A DNA stretch of 64,000 bases from Spirochaetota bacterium (GTDB lineage Bacteria > Spirochaetota > UBA12135 > COTS27 > CBDBHE01): contig CBDBHE010000007.1 in NCBI GenBank assembly GCA_965205605.1, forward strand, positions 64,001 to 128,000, given 5' to 3'. Made by a program: the position numbers and the translations under genes. The notes under the pieces were generated by a model. The model did not search any database. It had not been told where the DNA came from and was given only the letters and a program-made list of their open reading frames with translations. Of this stretch, positions 1-10,473 are shown one piece after another. Position 1 is the first letter of the stretch. Each line of letters begins with the position of its first letter.

Positions 1-1
1 T

Positions 2-334
2 ACCATTGTCCATAGTGCTTCCAAAAACATTAACCTTCATTGTAAAAGGGCTGATATTCTTATTGTAGCTGCCGGTGTCCCCAATCTAATAAAAACAAAA
101 TGGATTAAAAAAAAAGCTTGCGTGATTGATGTAGGCGTTAATCAAGTAGGAGAGACTACCAGCAAAAAAACAGGAAAAGTGATACCTCTATTGAAAGGAG
201 ACGTTGATTTTGAAGCTGTTAAAAAAATAGCCAGTTATCTTACCCCTGTTCCTGGTGGCGTAGGCCCGATGACCATTGCGATGCTAATGAAAAATACCAT
301 CAAATCTTGTGAATATCATCTAAGTAAAACTTAA
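2..334 (+). CDS. folD: Methylenetetrahydrofolate dehydrogenase/cyclohydrolase, C-terminal part (runs off window start)
   Basis: Frame is open from base 2: TIVHS...ADILIVAAG...VIDVG...GDVDF...TPVPGGVGPMTIAMLMKNT, FolD signature. Confidence 0.96.
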   Translation, partial: TIVHSASKNINLHCKRADILIVAAGVPNLIKTKWIKKKACVIDVGVNQVGETTSKKTGKVIPLLKGDVDFEAVKKIASYLTPVPGGVGPMTIAMLMKNTIKSCEYHLSKT

Positions 335-360
335 AGCTTCCTTAAAAAAAATCGTTTTTT

Positions 361-1404
361 ATGAAACATCAATTTTTTTCCTTTGGAAAACTTAAAAATA
401 AAAAAGTCATCCAAGGCTATCAAATTGAAAATAATTCGGGTCTAATTTTAAAAGTCATTAACTATGGCGCAAGTGTTTTATCACTTCAAGTCCCTAGTCA
501 AAAGGGAAAAATAGAAGAAATCACCTTAAGTCCCCCTTCTCTTTCTTTCTTACAACAAAATCATTTTTACTTCGGTGCTACAGTAGGACGTGTGGCTAAT
601 CGTATTGAAAATGGTTGCTTTAAAATTAATGATGCAACTCAAAAACTTTCTCGAAATGAAAATAACAAGCATCATTTACACGGAGGATTTAACGGGTTTG
701 ATCAAAAATTATGGGATATGAAAATCATTGATAATAAAAAAGCTTTCAGTGTTGTTTTTTCCTACTTAAGTAAAAATGCAGAAGAAGGGTATCCAGGAAA
801 TATAAAAGTAGAGTCTAAAATTACACTTAATGAGCATAATGAAGTTATTTTTAATTACACAGCTTCCACAGATAAACCGACGGTGATTAATTTAACTAAC
901 CATACTTATTGGAACTTATCAGGCAATTTGAAAGAAAATATTTTAAATCACAAACTAACCATTGATGCGAAAGAAAGACTACAAACAACTAGCGAAGTGA
1001 TTCCTACAGGGAGCCTGCTTTCAGTAGAAAAAACGCCTTTTGATTTTAGAAAAGAAAAAACGATAAAAGAAGGTTTGGGTGAACTAAAATCCGGATTTGA
1101 CCACTTTTACGTCATGCGAAGCTATCCAGGAAATCTTAAACCCATCGCCTCCTTAAGAGAACCTAAAAGTAGAAGACAAATGGAAATCGAAACTAAAGCT
1201 GTAGGATTGCAATTTTATACCGCCAGTATCAATCCTCCTTTACAAAAAATAGCCCCTTCTTTTTCTTTACAAGAACCTATTGCTCTTTGTTTAGAAACTC
1301 AAACCCATCCCAATGCCCCTAAGCATCAAAATTTTCCTTCTATTTTTTTATCTCCAAAAGAAATTTACCGACAAACAACTTTACATCGATTTAGTATTTA
1401 TTAA
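361..1404 (+). CDS. galM: Aldose 1-epimerase (galactose mutarotase)
   Basis: GATVGRVANRI, HLHGG, EEGYPG, NLTNHTYWNL, CLETQ motifs. Confidence 0.93.
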   Translation: MKHQFFSFGKLKNKKVIQGYQIENNSGLILKVINYGASVLSLQVPSQKGKIEEITLSPPSLSFLQQNHFYFGATVGRVANRIENGCFKINDATQKLSRNENNKHHLHGGFNGFDQKLWDMKIIDNKKAFSVVFSYLSKNAEEGYPGNIKVESKITLNEHNEVIFNYTASTDKPTVINLTNHTYWNLSGNLKENILNHKLTIDAKERLQTTSEVIPTGSLLSVEKTPFDFRKEKTIKEGLGELKSGFDHFYVMRSYPGNLKPIASLREPKSRRQMEIETKAVGLQFYTASINPPLQKIAPSFSLQEPIALCLETQTHPNAPKHQNFPSIFLSPKEIYRQTTLHRFSIY

Positions 1405-1508
1405 TGCTATCTTAAATGAAACATTATCAAATGAAACATTAAAAGAGCTTAAAAAAAATTGTTAAGTCCGTTAAGATAAGTTTTTAATAAAAGCTGTATA
1501 AAAAAAAA

Positions 1509-2279
1509 TTAACGACCCCTTTTAACAATAAGACGGCTAGAATAATCAATTCGATTTAAAAAAATAGGTTCTTTTCTTTTTTCTATAAACTCATCAATAG
1601 CTTTTTTACACCCTTGCCAGTGAAAATAATCATCAAAAATAACAATCCCTCCTGGAACCACTAAGTCATATAAGTATTGTAATGAATGCTTGGTTGATTC
1701 ATAAAAATCGGTATCTAGATGTAAAAAAGCAATTTTCTTTGGTATTGTTTTAGGAATGGTATCTTCTATTTTTCCTTTAATGAAATGAAGTTTATTAAGA
1801 GGGTAATTCGCTAATTTAATGTTTTTCTTAACCTCTTCTAAACTAGCATTCACCCAATTAGAACCGACACTACTTTTACCAAGCTTTACTTTATTGTATT
1901 TTTTTATAGCCTTTTGACCAAAAAAAGACACATCATATTTTGTGGGTTCTGGCATTCCTTCATAAGTATCATACAAAAAGAAGCTCCTCGAAACAGATTT
2001 CAGCTCTTTTAATCTAAAAAGCACCATCATAACACTCCCTCCCTGATACACACCAGTCTGTACAAAATCTCCTTTAATAGCTGATTTTTCAAGATAATCA
2101 ACTGCATTTATAATGGTGAACAATTTACCTTTGTTTAGTAAGGAGTATGAGGAAGTCTTTTCCCATATTCTCTTATGGTGAGGCTCAAAATCTTGAAGAT
2201 ATCCACTACGATACTTAACAATATCAATATTAAAAGCACGAACAATAGATCGAATCAATTTAATGAAAAAAGAAATCAT
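1509..2279 (-). CDS. TylF/MycF/NovP-family O-methyltransferase
   Basis: GDFVQTGVYQGGS, YDTYEGMP, LHLDTDFYEST, GGIVIFDDY motifs. Confidence 0.88.
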   Translation of the reverse strand: MISFFIKLIRSIVRAFNIDIVKYRSGYLQDFEPHHKRIWEKTSSYSLLNKGKLFTIINAVDYLEKSAIKGDFVQTGVYQGGSVMMVLFRLKELKSVSRSFFLYDTYEGMPEPTKYDVSFFGQKAIKKYNKVKLGKSSVGSNWVNASLEEVKKNIKLANYPLNKLHFIKGKIEDTIPKTIPKKIAFLHLDTDFYESTKHSLQYLYDLVVPGGIVIFDDYFHWQGCKKAIDEFIEKRKEPIFLNRIDYSSRLIVKRGR

Positions 2280-2336
2280 AACGCAACTACCCTTATAAAT
2301 TTTTACTATAAAAAATAAGAAAAGTAAATATTTTTT

Positions 2337-2660
2337 TTATCTCAAAGAAGTAATTGTTTGAAAAGCACTTGCCGAACGCTGAAGAACGGTTTTAGTCAAA
2401 TCCAACATAATTTGAGCTTTTTTAGAAGCAATCATTACATCGTGAATGTTGACTTCATTAGGGTTAGTGATCATTTTTTTAAAAAGTTTTTCAGAAGTGA
2501 TTTGAGTCTTATCAACAGATTGAAGGTTTTTCACCATATTTTTAGAAAGAACCGAATAAAAATCCCCTTTTTTATCTATATTCGGATCATATCCATAATG
2601 CTTTGGGTGAGTTGCTTTAATTTTGAAATTTTTTGTATTAATAAAAGTGGGTTCTAACAT
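2337..2660 (-). CDS. fliE: Flagellar hook-basal body protein FliE
   Basis: IHDVMIASKKAQIML C-terminal motif; follows flgB-flgC. Confidence 0.88.
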   Translation of the reverse strand: MLEPTFINTKNFKIKATHPKHYGYDPNIDKKGDFYSVLSKNMVKNLQSVDKTQITSEKLFKKMITNPNEVNIHDVMIASKKAQIMLDLTKTVLQRSASAFQTITSLR

Positions 2661-2706
2661 TTTTTTTTAATTCCTTATTTTATAATGGGTGCATATTCTT
2701 TAGATT

Positions 2707-3162
2707 TTAACGACCAATACTTAAAGCAGATTGAAACATCATTTTAGAGGTGTTAACAGTGGTGATATTGGCTTCATACGCTCTAGAAGTCGAAATCATA
2801 TCAACCATTTCTTTAACAACATTCACATTTGGCATTGAAACATAGCCTTTTTTTAGCCCTGTTTTAATCGCATCAGGATGACTTGGATCATAAACTAGCC
2901 TAGGAGGACTATTGTCTTTTTCAATACGAATGACTCTAACCCCCGATCCAATCGTAGGCTTTAAGCTACTAGGCAACAGATGCGTTTTAAAAGATTGAAC
3001 TTCATCTCGAGGTCGTAAGACAACACGAGAACGCTTATAGCGCTCCCCTGTTGTTGTACGAGTAGTTGTTGCATTGGCAATGTTATCAGAAATAACATCC
3101 ATCCTAAGTCTTTGAGCACTTAAGCCTGTTGATGCGGTGTTAATACTTCTAAAAAAACTCAT
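2707..3162 (-). CDS. flgC: Flagellar basal-body rod protein FlgC
   Basis: SAQRLRMDVISDNIAN, YDPSHPDA, PNVNVVKEMVDMISTSRAYEAN. Confidence 0.97.
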   Translation of the reverse strand: MSFFRSINTASTGLSAQRLRMDVISDNIANATTTRTTTGERYKRSRVVLRPRDEVQSFKTHLLPSSLKPTIGSGVRVIRIEKDNSPPRLVYDPSHPDAIKTGLKKGYVSMPNVNVVKEMVDMISTSRAYEANITTVNTSKMMFQSALSIGR

Positions 3163-3190
3163 TTTTATTTACCTCTTATCTAAAAATAAT

Positions 3191-3610
3191 TTAAGCAACC
3201 ACTGATTTTAGCTTATTAAGGTGCGAACTAATTGTCGTTGCAACAGCATTATAATGCATCGAATTTTTAACAAGATCACTCATTTCTTTTTCAATATCAA
3301 CATTATTTTTATCATTACGATAATGGCTATCATGTTCTTGAGTGACTTGAGGGAAAACTTGATCAATCTCTTTTTTGAAACCATCTTGAATATGTTTTTT
3401 ATGCTTAGTAGAAAGGGCATATTTAGGAAAACGATCTCTTTCATTTAAGACTCGATTTAGTTCTGATTCGAAAGTGACTGTTTTTTTTTTATAGTGAGGG
3501 GTGTCGACATTGGCAATATTGTTAGCAATGACTTCTTGCCTTAAAAAACTAGTATCCAAGCTTTTTTGAGCTAAATAAATACTTTCTCCAAAAAAAGAAC
3601 CATTAAACAT
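3191..3610 (-). CDS. flgB: Flagellar basal-body rod protein FlgB
   Basis: RQEVIANNIANVDTP, RNDKNNVDIEKEM. Confidence 0.96.
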   Translation of the reverse strand: MFNGSFFGESIYLAQKSLDTSFLRQEVIANNIANVDTPHYKKKTVTFESELNRVLNERDRFPKYALSTKHKKHIQDGFKKEIDQVFPQVTQEHDSHYRNDKNNVDIEKEMSDLVKNSMHYNAVATTISSHLNKLKSVVA

Positions 3611-3654
3611 CTCTTTTAAACTCGGAAGAAATAAATTTTTTATTAAGCTTTTTT

Positions 3655-4632
3655 TTAAAATGTCTTTTTTAAAATAAAATGAATCGATTCTAAAGCTCTG
3701 TAAGCATCTCTAAGAGAAAAATGAAGATCTTTATTTTTTCCTTCTAAGAAATCAACAGCTTCTTTCAACATATTAGCGAAATAATAAGTTTTATTAAATG
3801 GGGTTGTTTTTACTTTTCTAAGAGAACGCATCTTTTCATAAAACCCACTTTCTTCACTTTTAAACTCTTCATACACCCCATTGCCTATACGAACAAACCC
3901 TTTTTCAAAAGACAAATCTATTTCAAAAACCAAATGATCTCTCTTACCTCCCACATCAATACTCGCCATCACTCTTCCCATGCTTCCTAAGATATTCATC
4001 TGAGCACTTTTTTTATCAGGAAACCCAACAGAGCGAATCAGCTTAAAAGTGTGAGGACATAAAAAATAAAGAATATCAAAAAGATGCGTCCCATCATCCC
4101 ATAAGATATCACTAGACGTTCTACCCATACCCATAAAAAGCCTAGCATGAATAGACAAAAGTTTTCCGTAAGTCAAATCTATAATTTTTTTTTTTACTTC
4201 TTGATAATCTCGAGCATAACGTCTTTCATGGTTCACTAAGAAACGGAGTTGATTTTTTTCAACTAATTTAAGTATTTTCTTAGAAGCTTTTAATGTATCC
4301 GCTAAAGGTTTTTCACAAATAATAAATGGGCAGCCATATTTTAAAACCGATTTAACACAAGATAAATGTGTTTTTGGAGGAGTTGCAATATGAAGAAGAT
4401 CGATTTTTTCCTGAGCCAACATTTCTTCTTGAGAAGCATACACTTTCGAAACACCCCAATGTTTTTTAAAAAGATCTCGTTTTTTTTCATCAGGATCACA
4501 ACCACTAACAAGAACCGTCTTTGGGTTATGAAAAATGGCCCCTGCATGACTGGCAGGTTTTTCTCTAAAACGATCCCTTTCTAAAAGAGAACCAATGCGC
4601 CCTAATCCAACAATAGCAGATCGAATCTTCAT
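3655..4632 (-). CDS. Gfo/Idh/MocA-family oxidoreductase
   Basis: IVGLGRIG Rossmann motif, ICEKP, VNHERRY. Confidence 0.88.
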   Translation of the reverse strand: MKIRSAIVGLGRIGSLLERDRFREKPASHAGAIFHNPKTVLVSGCDPDEKKRDLFKKHWGVSKVYASQEEMLAQEKIDLLHIATPPKTHLSCVKSVLKYGCPFIICEKPLADTLKASKKILKLVEKNQLRFLVNHERRYARDYQEVKKKIIDLTYGKLLSIHARLFMGMGRTSSDILWDDGTHLFDILYFLCPHTFKLIRSVGFPDKKSAQMNILGSMGRVMASIDVGGKRDHLVFEIDLSFEKGFVRIGNGVYEEFKSEESGFYEKMRSLRKVKTTPFNKTYYFANMLKEAVDFLEGKNKDLHFSLRDAYRALESIHFILKKTF

Positions 4633-4690
4633 TATTCTTCAAAATTCTTAAAAAAAAAAAAGGAATACCAAATTAATCATTCAATCAATT

Positions 4691-5446
4691 TTAATCACTA
4701 GGATACCCTTTAATCAAGTCAGCTACAAAATAACCAAAAACTAGTTTGCTTTTCATTTTTAAAGGACAGCGGTATTGATCATCAGAAATAAAAATTTGAA
4801 TTTCACTTTCATTTAAAAAAACGCCTTTAAACCCCATTTTAGGAATCACTAAAAAAGCTTTCTTTCTACCAAAAGCTGTTTTGATCTTGACTCTTTTGAT
4901 CACATGAATTTCAATTGGCCAAATTTTTTTACGATAATACCCTTGGGTATGAAATACTTTATTAGGACTTAAGTCAAGTGAACGGGTATAATAAAAACTT
5001 GAAACAACATTAAGAGATTCAACGAGCAAAGGAAGAACCTCTTTTTTTTTTTCATTCATATTTTTACTGTAATGAAAAAAACCTTTACTAAGATAAAATT
5101 CTAAACGGTGATAAAAAAGCCTTTTGTTTTCAAATCGATTCTCTTCATAAAAAATAGTCTCAAATCTATTTTTTTTTGAAATCGAAGTCAAAGTCATATT
5201 TAAAGTATAAAGATTCTCTACCCAAGGAACCGTTTTTGCTTTCATAATAAATGAAACTCTAGAGGAAGCCGATGTGCTTTTTGAATGAAGTGAAGCATAC
5301 CCTCCAATAATACCCAAATAACTAACTTTAAAAACAAGGTTTTCATTTTTCTTTATGAAATAAGGGGCTTCATTTGTTTGTCCAAAAATAAATGAAAAAT
5401 AAAAACAAACAAAAATTAAAAAAAATCTTAATCTCAAATACTTCAC
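4691..5446 (-). CDS. Exported DUF3108-like protein
   Basis: Signal peptide; ENLVFKVSYLG, IKTAFG, IFISDDQYRCPLKMKSKLVFG resemble DUF3108. Confidence 0.75.
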   Translation of the reverse strand: MKYLRLRFFLIFVCFYFSFIFGQTNEAPYFIKKNENLVFKVSYLGIIGGYASLHSKSTSASSRVSFIMKAKTVPWVENLYTLNMTLTSISKKNRFETIFYEENRFENKRLFYHRLEFYLSKGFFHYSKNMNEKKKEVLPLLVESLNVVSSFYYTRSLDLSPNKVFHTQGYYRKKIWPIEIHVIKRVKIKTAFGRKKAFLVIPKMGFKGVFLNESEIQIFISDDQYRCPLKMKSKLVFGYFVADLIKGYPSD

Positions 5447-6522
5447 TTTTTTTCTTCGTCTAAGTAAGCTTGCAATCTTTCAAGTCCTTCGTTTATTTGA
5501 TTCAAACTCAAAGCATAACTAAAACGCACTTGTTCATTACAACCAAACCAATTACCATTATAAGCAATAATTTTATAATTATAGTATAGACTACTAATTA
5601 CCTTTTGAGGGTTTTTGAATTTAGGAAAAACATAAAAAGCACCTTCCGGCTTCCACAATTCAAGCCCCATAGCAATCATTTTATGATAAATTAAGTTGCG
5701 TCTTTTTTGCCAAATAGCAACGATTTTATCAATTTCCTCTTTTGGAATAGAAAGCGCTTCTAAAGCAACTTTTTGAGATAACAGACTAGTATTCATCGAA
5801 GTATGGGTTTTCATTTCAATTAAAGCATCCATTAGCTTTTGCTCTCTACAATAAGCATAACCTATGCGGACCCCACAAAGCCCAAAAGTTTTTGAAAACG
5901 AATTAATCGTAATGACTTTTTGTCCTTCTATAAGATAATTTTCTCGTTCATAAATCAAATCTTTATAAACTTCATCTGAAATAACATAAATCCCTTTTTT
6001 CTCACAAAGAGTTTCTATTTCTTTTAAAGTTTTTATCTTTTGCACACTTCCTGCTGGATTAGATGGGGAATTAATCAGCACAACATCACAAGAGTCTAAC
6101 AAGCTTTCAAAACCATTAAGGTCAATATGCCCCTCTATCAAATCATAATAACTTGCTTGCATTTGTGTATAAGCAACATTAAAAGGGTACGAATAATAAT
6201 AAGGTCTAGGCAAAAGGATTCTTTTTTTACCAAAATGACTTAAGCACCGAAGGCATAAATCTAACGCTTCACTAGCTCCATTAGTAATTAAAAAATTAGA
6301 ACTAAGAGAATTAGAATATTTTTTACTAAGAGCACTTCTTAAATTTTCTTCTCCTTGAATCAAACCATACTTAAAGTTTTCATCAAAATGATTTAAAAGA
6401 GCCTCATGGATTCTCTTTGGAGGAGGTAAATCTGGTTGACCAGAACCAAAAGAAATTGTTCCTTTATCTTTTTTACCAATAAAAAAACTAGGTGATAAAA
6501 TTGCTTTTTTTATCATGAACAA
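5443..6522 (-). CDS. PLP-dependent aminotransferase, class I/II
   Basis: GQPD, TNGASEAL, NSPSNPAG, SDEVY, SFSKTFGLCGVRIGY, PEGAFY. Confidence 0.92.
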   Translation of the reverse strand: MFMIKKAILSPSFFIGKKDKGTISFGSGQPDLPPPKRIHEALLNHFDENFKYGLIQGEENLRSALSKKYSNSLSSNFLITNGASEALDLCLRCLSHFGKKRILLPRPYYYSYPFNVAYTQMQASYYDLIEGHIDLNGFESLLDSCDVVLINSPSNPAGSVQKIKTLKEIETLCEKKGIYVISDEVYKDLIYERENYLIEGQKVITINSFSKTFGLCGVRIGYAYCREQKLMDALIEMKTHTSMNTSLLSQKVALEALSIPKEEIDKIVAIWQKRRNLIYHKMIAMGLELWKPEGAFYVFPKFKNPQKVISSLYYNYKIIAYNGNWFGCNEQVRFSYALSLNQINEGLERLQAYLDEEKK

Positions 6523-6606
6523 AATATTTTTTTTAAAAACAATAGCATTTACTAAAAAATAAAAAAATTGGAAAAAAAATGAATAAAAACAATATTGTTA
6601 AAAAAA

Positions 6607-7086
6607 TTATAAAATAGTTGGGTTTTCAGCTGTTGGGTAAATTTTATTAGGATCAAAGACTTTTTCTTTTTCTTCAAACTTTAAAAAAATTTTATAATGA
6701 TCTTTTTCTTCTTCAAGTTTCACACTCCTATAAAAACAAGAACGATACCCCACATGACAGCTGGCTTTTCCCACAACATCCACTCGTAGCCAAAGACAAT
6801 CTTGATCATCATCGATTCTAATTTCACGTACTTTTTGGACAAACCCACTCATCTTTCCCTTATGCCAAAGAATTTTTCGACTACGACTAAAATATACAGC
6901 TTCTTTAAGCTTCAAAGTCATTTTAAGTGCTTCTTCGCTCATATAGCCTTGCATTAACACTTCTCCTGTTTGATAATCCGTCGTCACAACAGGTATCAAT
7001 TTTTTTGAGTTAAACTTAGGAGCAAACTCTTCTCCTTCTTCAACTTGTTCAATCGTTTTTCTTTTATTAAATTCAATCTTTTTCAT
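6607..7086 (-). CDS. hisI: Phosphoribosyl-AMP cyclohydrolase
   Basis: YFSRSRKILWHKG..SG, DDDQD, SCHVGYRSCFYR. Confidence 0.95.
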   Translation of the reverse strand: MKKIEFNKRKTIEQVEEGEEFAPKFNSKKLIPVVTTDYQTGEVLMQGYMSEEALKMTLKLKEAVYFSRSRKILWHKGKMSGFVQKVREIRIDDDQDCLWLRVDVVGKASCHVGYRSCFYRSVKLEEEKDHYKIFLKFEEKEKVFDPNKIYPTAENPTIL

Positions 7087-7152
7087 TAAAAGCCTTTTAA
7101 AAAAATCTAATCACTCATTTTTATTATGCCATAAAAGTAAAGCTCCAAGAAA

Positions 7153-8292
7153 TTAATTTTTTTTCATTACTTTCTTCACCCATTTTTTTTTCCAATTTAA
7201 AAAATCACCTTCTATAATTTTCTCTCTAGCTCTCTTCATCAGCCACAAATAAAAATGTAAATTATGCATACTCGCTATATGAGCAGCTAAAATCTCTCCA
7301 CTGACAAGCAGATGCCTTAAATAGGCTTTGGAATAAAAAGAACTCACTTCATTATCAAGTCCTCTATCAATAGGTGAAAAATCTTTTTGCCATTTTCTAT
7401 TTCGAATATTAATAATTCCTTCTGTTGTAAATAACATCCCATTTCTTCCGTTACGAGTGGGCATAATACAATCAAAAAAATCAATCCCTAAATGGATTGC
7501 TTCTAAAAGATTTTCTGGTGTCCCTACTCCCATTAAATAGCGTGCTTTATTAGACGGTAATTTTCCAATAGAAATTTCTACCATTTTATACCTTTCTTCA
7601 TCCGTTTCCCCAACAGAAAGTCCTCCAATCGCATACCCTTCACCTTGATACGTCAACATTTTTTCAACAGACATTTCTCTAAGATCCTCGTACATTCCTC
7701 CTTGAACAATTGGGAATAAAAAATCTTTTTTTCCATACCTTGGACTTGTTTTTTCAAATTGCTCCACACATTCCTCAAACCAATGATGAGTCCTTTCCAT
7801 CGAAGCTTTCGCTTCTTTAAAACCACAAGGATACGGAGTGCATTCATCAAAAGTCATCATAATATCAGAACCAATGATTCTTTGCATATCAATCACTTCT
7901 TTTGGCTTAAAAAAATGTTTAGAACCATCAATATGAGAATTAAAAATAACTCCCTCTTCTGTAATTCGTCTAGAACTGGCAAGTGAATAAACTTGATACC
8001 CTCCACTATCCGTTAAAAGACTCTCTCCCCAGCCCATAAAGACATGAAGTCCCCCTGCTTCTAAAAGCACTTTTAAAGAAGGTCTTAAATATAAATGATA
8101 CGTATTAGCAAGAATAATCTCTGTTTTTAAATCATCTTTAAGATTTTTTTGACTCAGAGCTTTTACCGTCCCCCCTGTCCCTACTGGCATAAAAACGGGA
8201 GTCTGAATGACACTGTGTGCCGTTTTAAAAAAACCTGCTCTTGCAGCTGTCTGTTTATCTTTTTTAACTAAAGAAAAACCCAAAGATTCCAA
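7153..8292 (-). CDS. tgt: tRNA-guanine transglycosylase
   Basis: TPVFMPVGT, NTYHLYLRP, TDSGGYQVYSL, FDEC, GGLSVGE, YLMGVG, DCIMPTRNGR. Confidence 0.97.
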   Translation of the reverse strand: MESLGFSLVKKDKQTAARAGFFKTAHSVIQTPVFMPVGTGGTVKALSQKNLKDDLKTEIILANTYHLYLRPSLKVLLEAGGLHVFMGWGESLLTDSGGYQVYSLASSRRITEEGVIFNSHIDGSKHFFKPKEVIDMQRIIGSDIMMTFDECTPYPCGFKEAKASMERTHHWFEECVEQFEKTSPRYGKKDFLFPIVQGGMYEDLREMSVEKMLTYQGEGYAIGGLSVGETDEERYKMVEISIGKLPSNKARYLMGVGTPENLLEAIHLGIDFFDCIMPTRNGRNGMLFTTEGIINIRNRKWQKDFSPIDRGLDNEVSSFYSKAYLRHLLVSGEILAAHIASMHNLHFYLWLMKRAREKIIEGDFLNWKKKWVKKVMKKN

Positions 8293-8343
8293 ATTAAACT
8301 TTCTGTATTTAAGTCAATATTATTTTAAAAAAAAATAAATCAA

Positions 8344-8685
8344 TTAACCCGGTGGCCAAGTCATACTCCTTCCCCCCAAAACATGAAGATGTAAGTGATT
8401 GACCGTTTGGCCTCCATTTTCTCTACAATTAATCACAAAACGATACCCTTTATCTGCTAGTCCTTGTTCTTTAGCGACTCTTGTCGCTACCAATAAAAGA
8501 TCTCCCATAAGAAATGCATCGGTTGTTTTTAAATCTGACAAACAAGCAATTTCTTTTTTTGGAATCACCAAAAAATGAACCGGTGCTTTTGGGTTTATGT
8601 CCTTAAAAGCAAGATAATTTTCGTCTTCATACAAAATGTCAGCTGCCATTTCTTTATCAATAATTTTTTTAAAAATAGTACTCAT
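8344..8685 (-). CDS. HIT-family nucleotide-binding protein
   Basis: HLHLHVLGGR..WPPG; true start probably MSTIFKKII at 8685 rather than 8802. Confidence 0.93.
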   Translation of the reverse strand: MSTIFKKIIDKEMAADILYEDENYLAFKDINPKAPVHFLVIPKKEIACLSDLKTTDAFLMGDLLLVATRVAKEQGLADKGYRFVINCRENGGQTVNHLHLHVLGGRSMTWPPG

Positions 8686-8734
8686 AAAAATAGATACTAT
8701 TAAAACATATCGGAAAAAAAAGAAAAAGTCAAAA

Positions 8735-10424
8735 TTACAATTTTTTGTCTCGAAAAAAAACAATGATTTTTTCTTTACCATAAAAAGGACACGGGTATTC
8801 ACTATGAAACATTTTTAATATTTTATAGTTTAGCTTTTCATTAATGAGTTTTTCAAAAAAACCTTTTACTTTAGGATACCCTCTTTTAACATCTAAAAAA
8901 CGATTATAATGAGCTGAAGAAATAATAACATAGTCAGGGTTTACCCTTGAAAGAGCTTTAGTAGCATAACTCCCATTAATTAGTATCTTTTCTCTTTCAA
9001 CCTCTTTAATCATTAAATTTTCAAGGTATTTATTATTGTTTTCTTTAGCATATTTTAGCTGATTTCTTGCTCTTCCACCAAAGTATCGCATATTTATATG
9101 GTTAATATTTTTAGTGATATTATCTATTGGTAAGTATACAAAAGGACTTTTATAAATCAATGTACTAGGCTTAAGATTAAATTTAGCCCATTTTTGAAAA
9201 AGCACTTTACTATTTAAAGTGAATACTTTTAGCCTATTAAAATTTTCGATATTATTGGTACAAAACACTGCTAATACAAGTAATATTAATAAGGCTCTAA
9301 TTATTTTTCTTAAAGGTTTTTTTTTAAAATTGAATCCATAATAAAAAAACAAACCAACCGTTAAAAAAGGAAGGAAAGAAAAGGGCATTATAAACCTAGA
9401 AATAAACCTAGGTATCCCTCCGATTTTTAAATAATAAAATATAAAAAGAAATCTGTTTTTTATCTATTTTTGTTTTATTTTTTTTAAGACAGAGTAAAAG
9501 AAATAAAATATTACCTAAAATTATGAATACAAACAATAAAACATCTGGTATATCTCTTAGAGCATGTAATAGGTAGTTTTTGTAATTAGTTACATCACCT
9601 AATTGTCCACCCCAGATTGGAGCTATTGTGTAGTTCCAGTAGAAATCAGACCAAAATTTTTTATACTCCAAAACAGCATTTGGCGTTGCAAAAATAAACG
9701 CAATCAATATAGCAAGAAGACCCATCCATAATTTTTGATTCATCATCTCTTTAAATGAAATAAAACCTTTTAAATTAAACATTCTCAATGTGTGTGCCAG
9801 TGGTATCGCAATCCCCAGAGCGATACCATTATATTTTGTGGCTGATGCAACACCAATAAAAATACCTGCTAATAAATACGGCTTAACAGTATCTGTGCCA
9901 CTTAGTATGATTTGAGATGAATAATAAAAAGATAAAATTAAGAAAAACATCAGTGGAATATCTGTGGTAAGATAATGACTGTGAATTAAATAAGTACTTG
10001 TGACAAAGAGTAAAGCTAAACAATTAGCAACAAATAAATTAAAGACTTGTTTAGTAAGAGAATGTAAATATGCTATACAAGTGACTAGCATCCCTGCAAC
10101 TAAAATTTTACTTAAAATAAGTTTATAAAAATACTCTTGATATGCTGGAATATCAAAAAGAGAAGCAAAAATTTTAACGGGTAGTCTAATAGTGAATAAA
10201 TTTAAATAGATATAAAATGGAGGTTTATTATATCCTGATGGTGGTAAAAAAGGAAAAAGAGAATGCTTTACTTTTCTAAAAGCCATCGTGTCTGGATTCC
10301 AGTCTCCATAACCTATGCCATAAAGACACCATCCTAGTACAACCAGCATCGAAAACACTAGAATGGGGTAATTTCGAATTATTTTTATAAGCTTAACTAA
10401 AGTTGTTCTTTTAAAAATCATCAA
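8735..10424 (-). pseudogene. ArnT/PMT-like (GT-C, GT39/GT83-type) membrane glycosyltransferase split by a frameshift near 9410-9460
   Basis: ORF 9408-10424 has YNKPPF, SHYLTTD, ASATKYNG; the +1 frame continues YYLKIGGIPRFISRFIMP into ORF 8735-9388. Confidence 0.72.
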
Positions 10425-10473
10425 TAGACTACTTGCCTTTTATTTTAACTTAATTAAAATGGTCTAAACTAAT

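Noticed and set aside
1414-1441. 13-bp direct repeat AAATGAAACATTA after galM
   Set aside because: Two AT-rich copies between convergent genes; most likely a local duplication with no evident function.
8686-8802. N-terminal extension of the HIT ORF (and similarly 18293-18391 of the ABC ATPase)
   Set aside because: Phe-rich translations of poly-T DNA; family homology starts at downstream ATGs.
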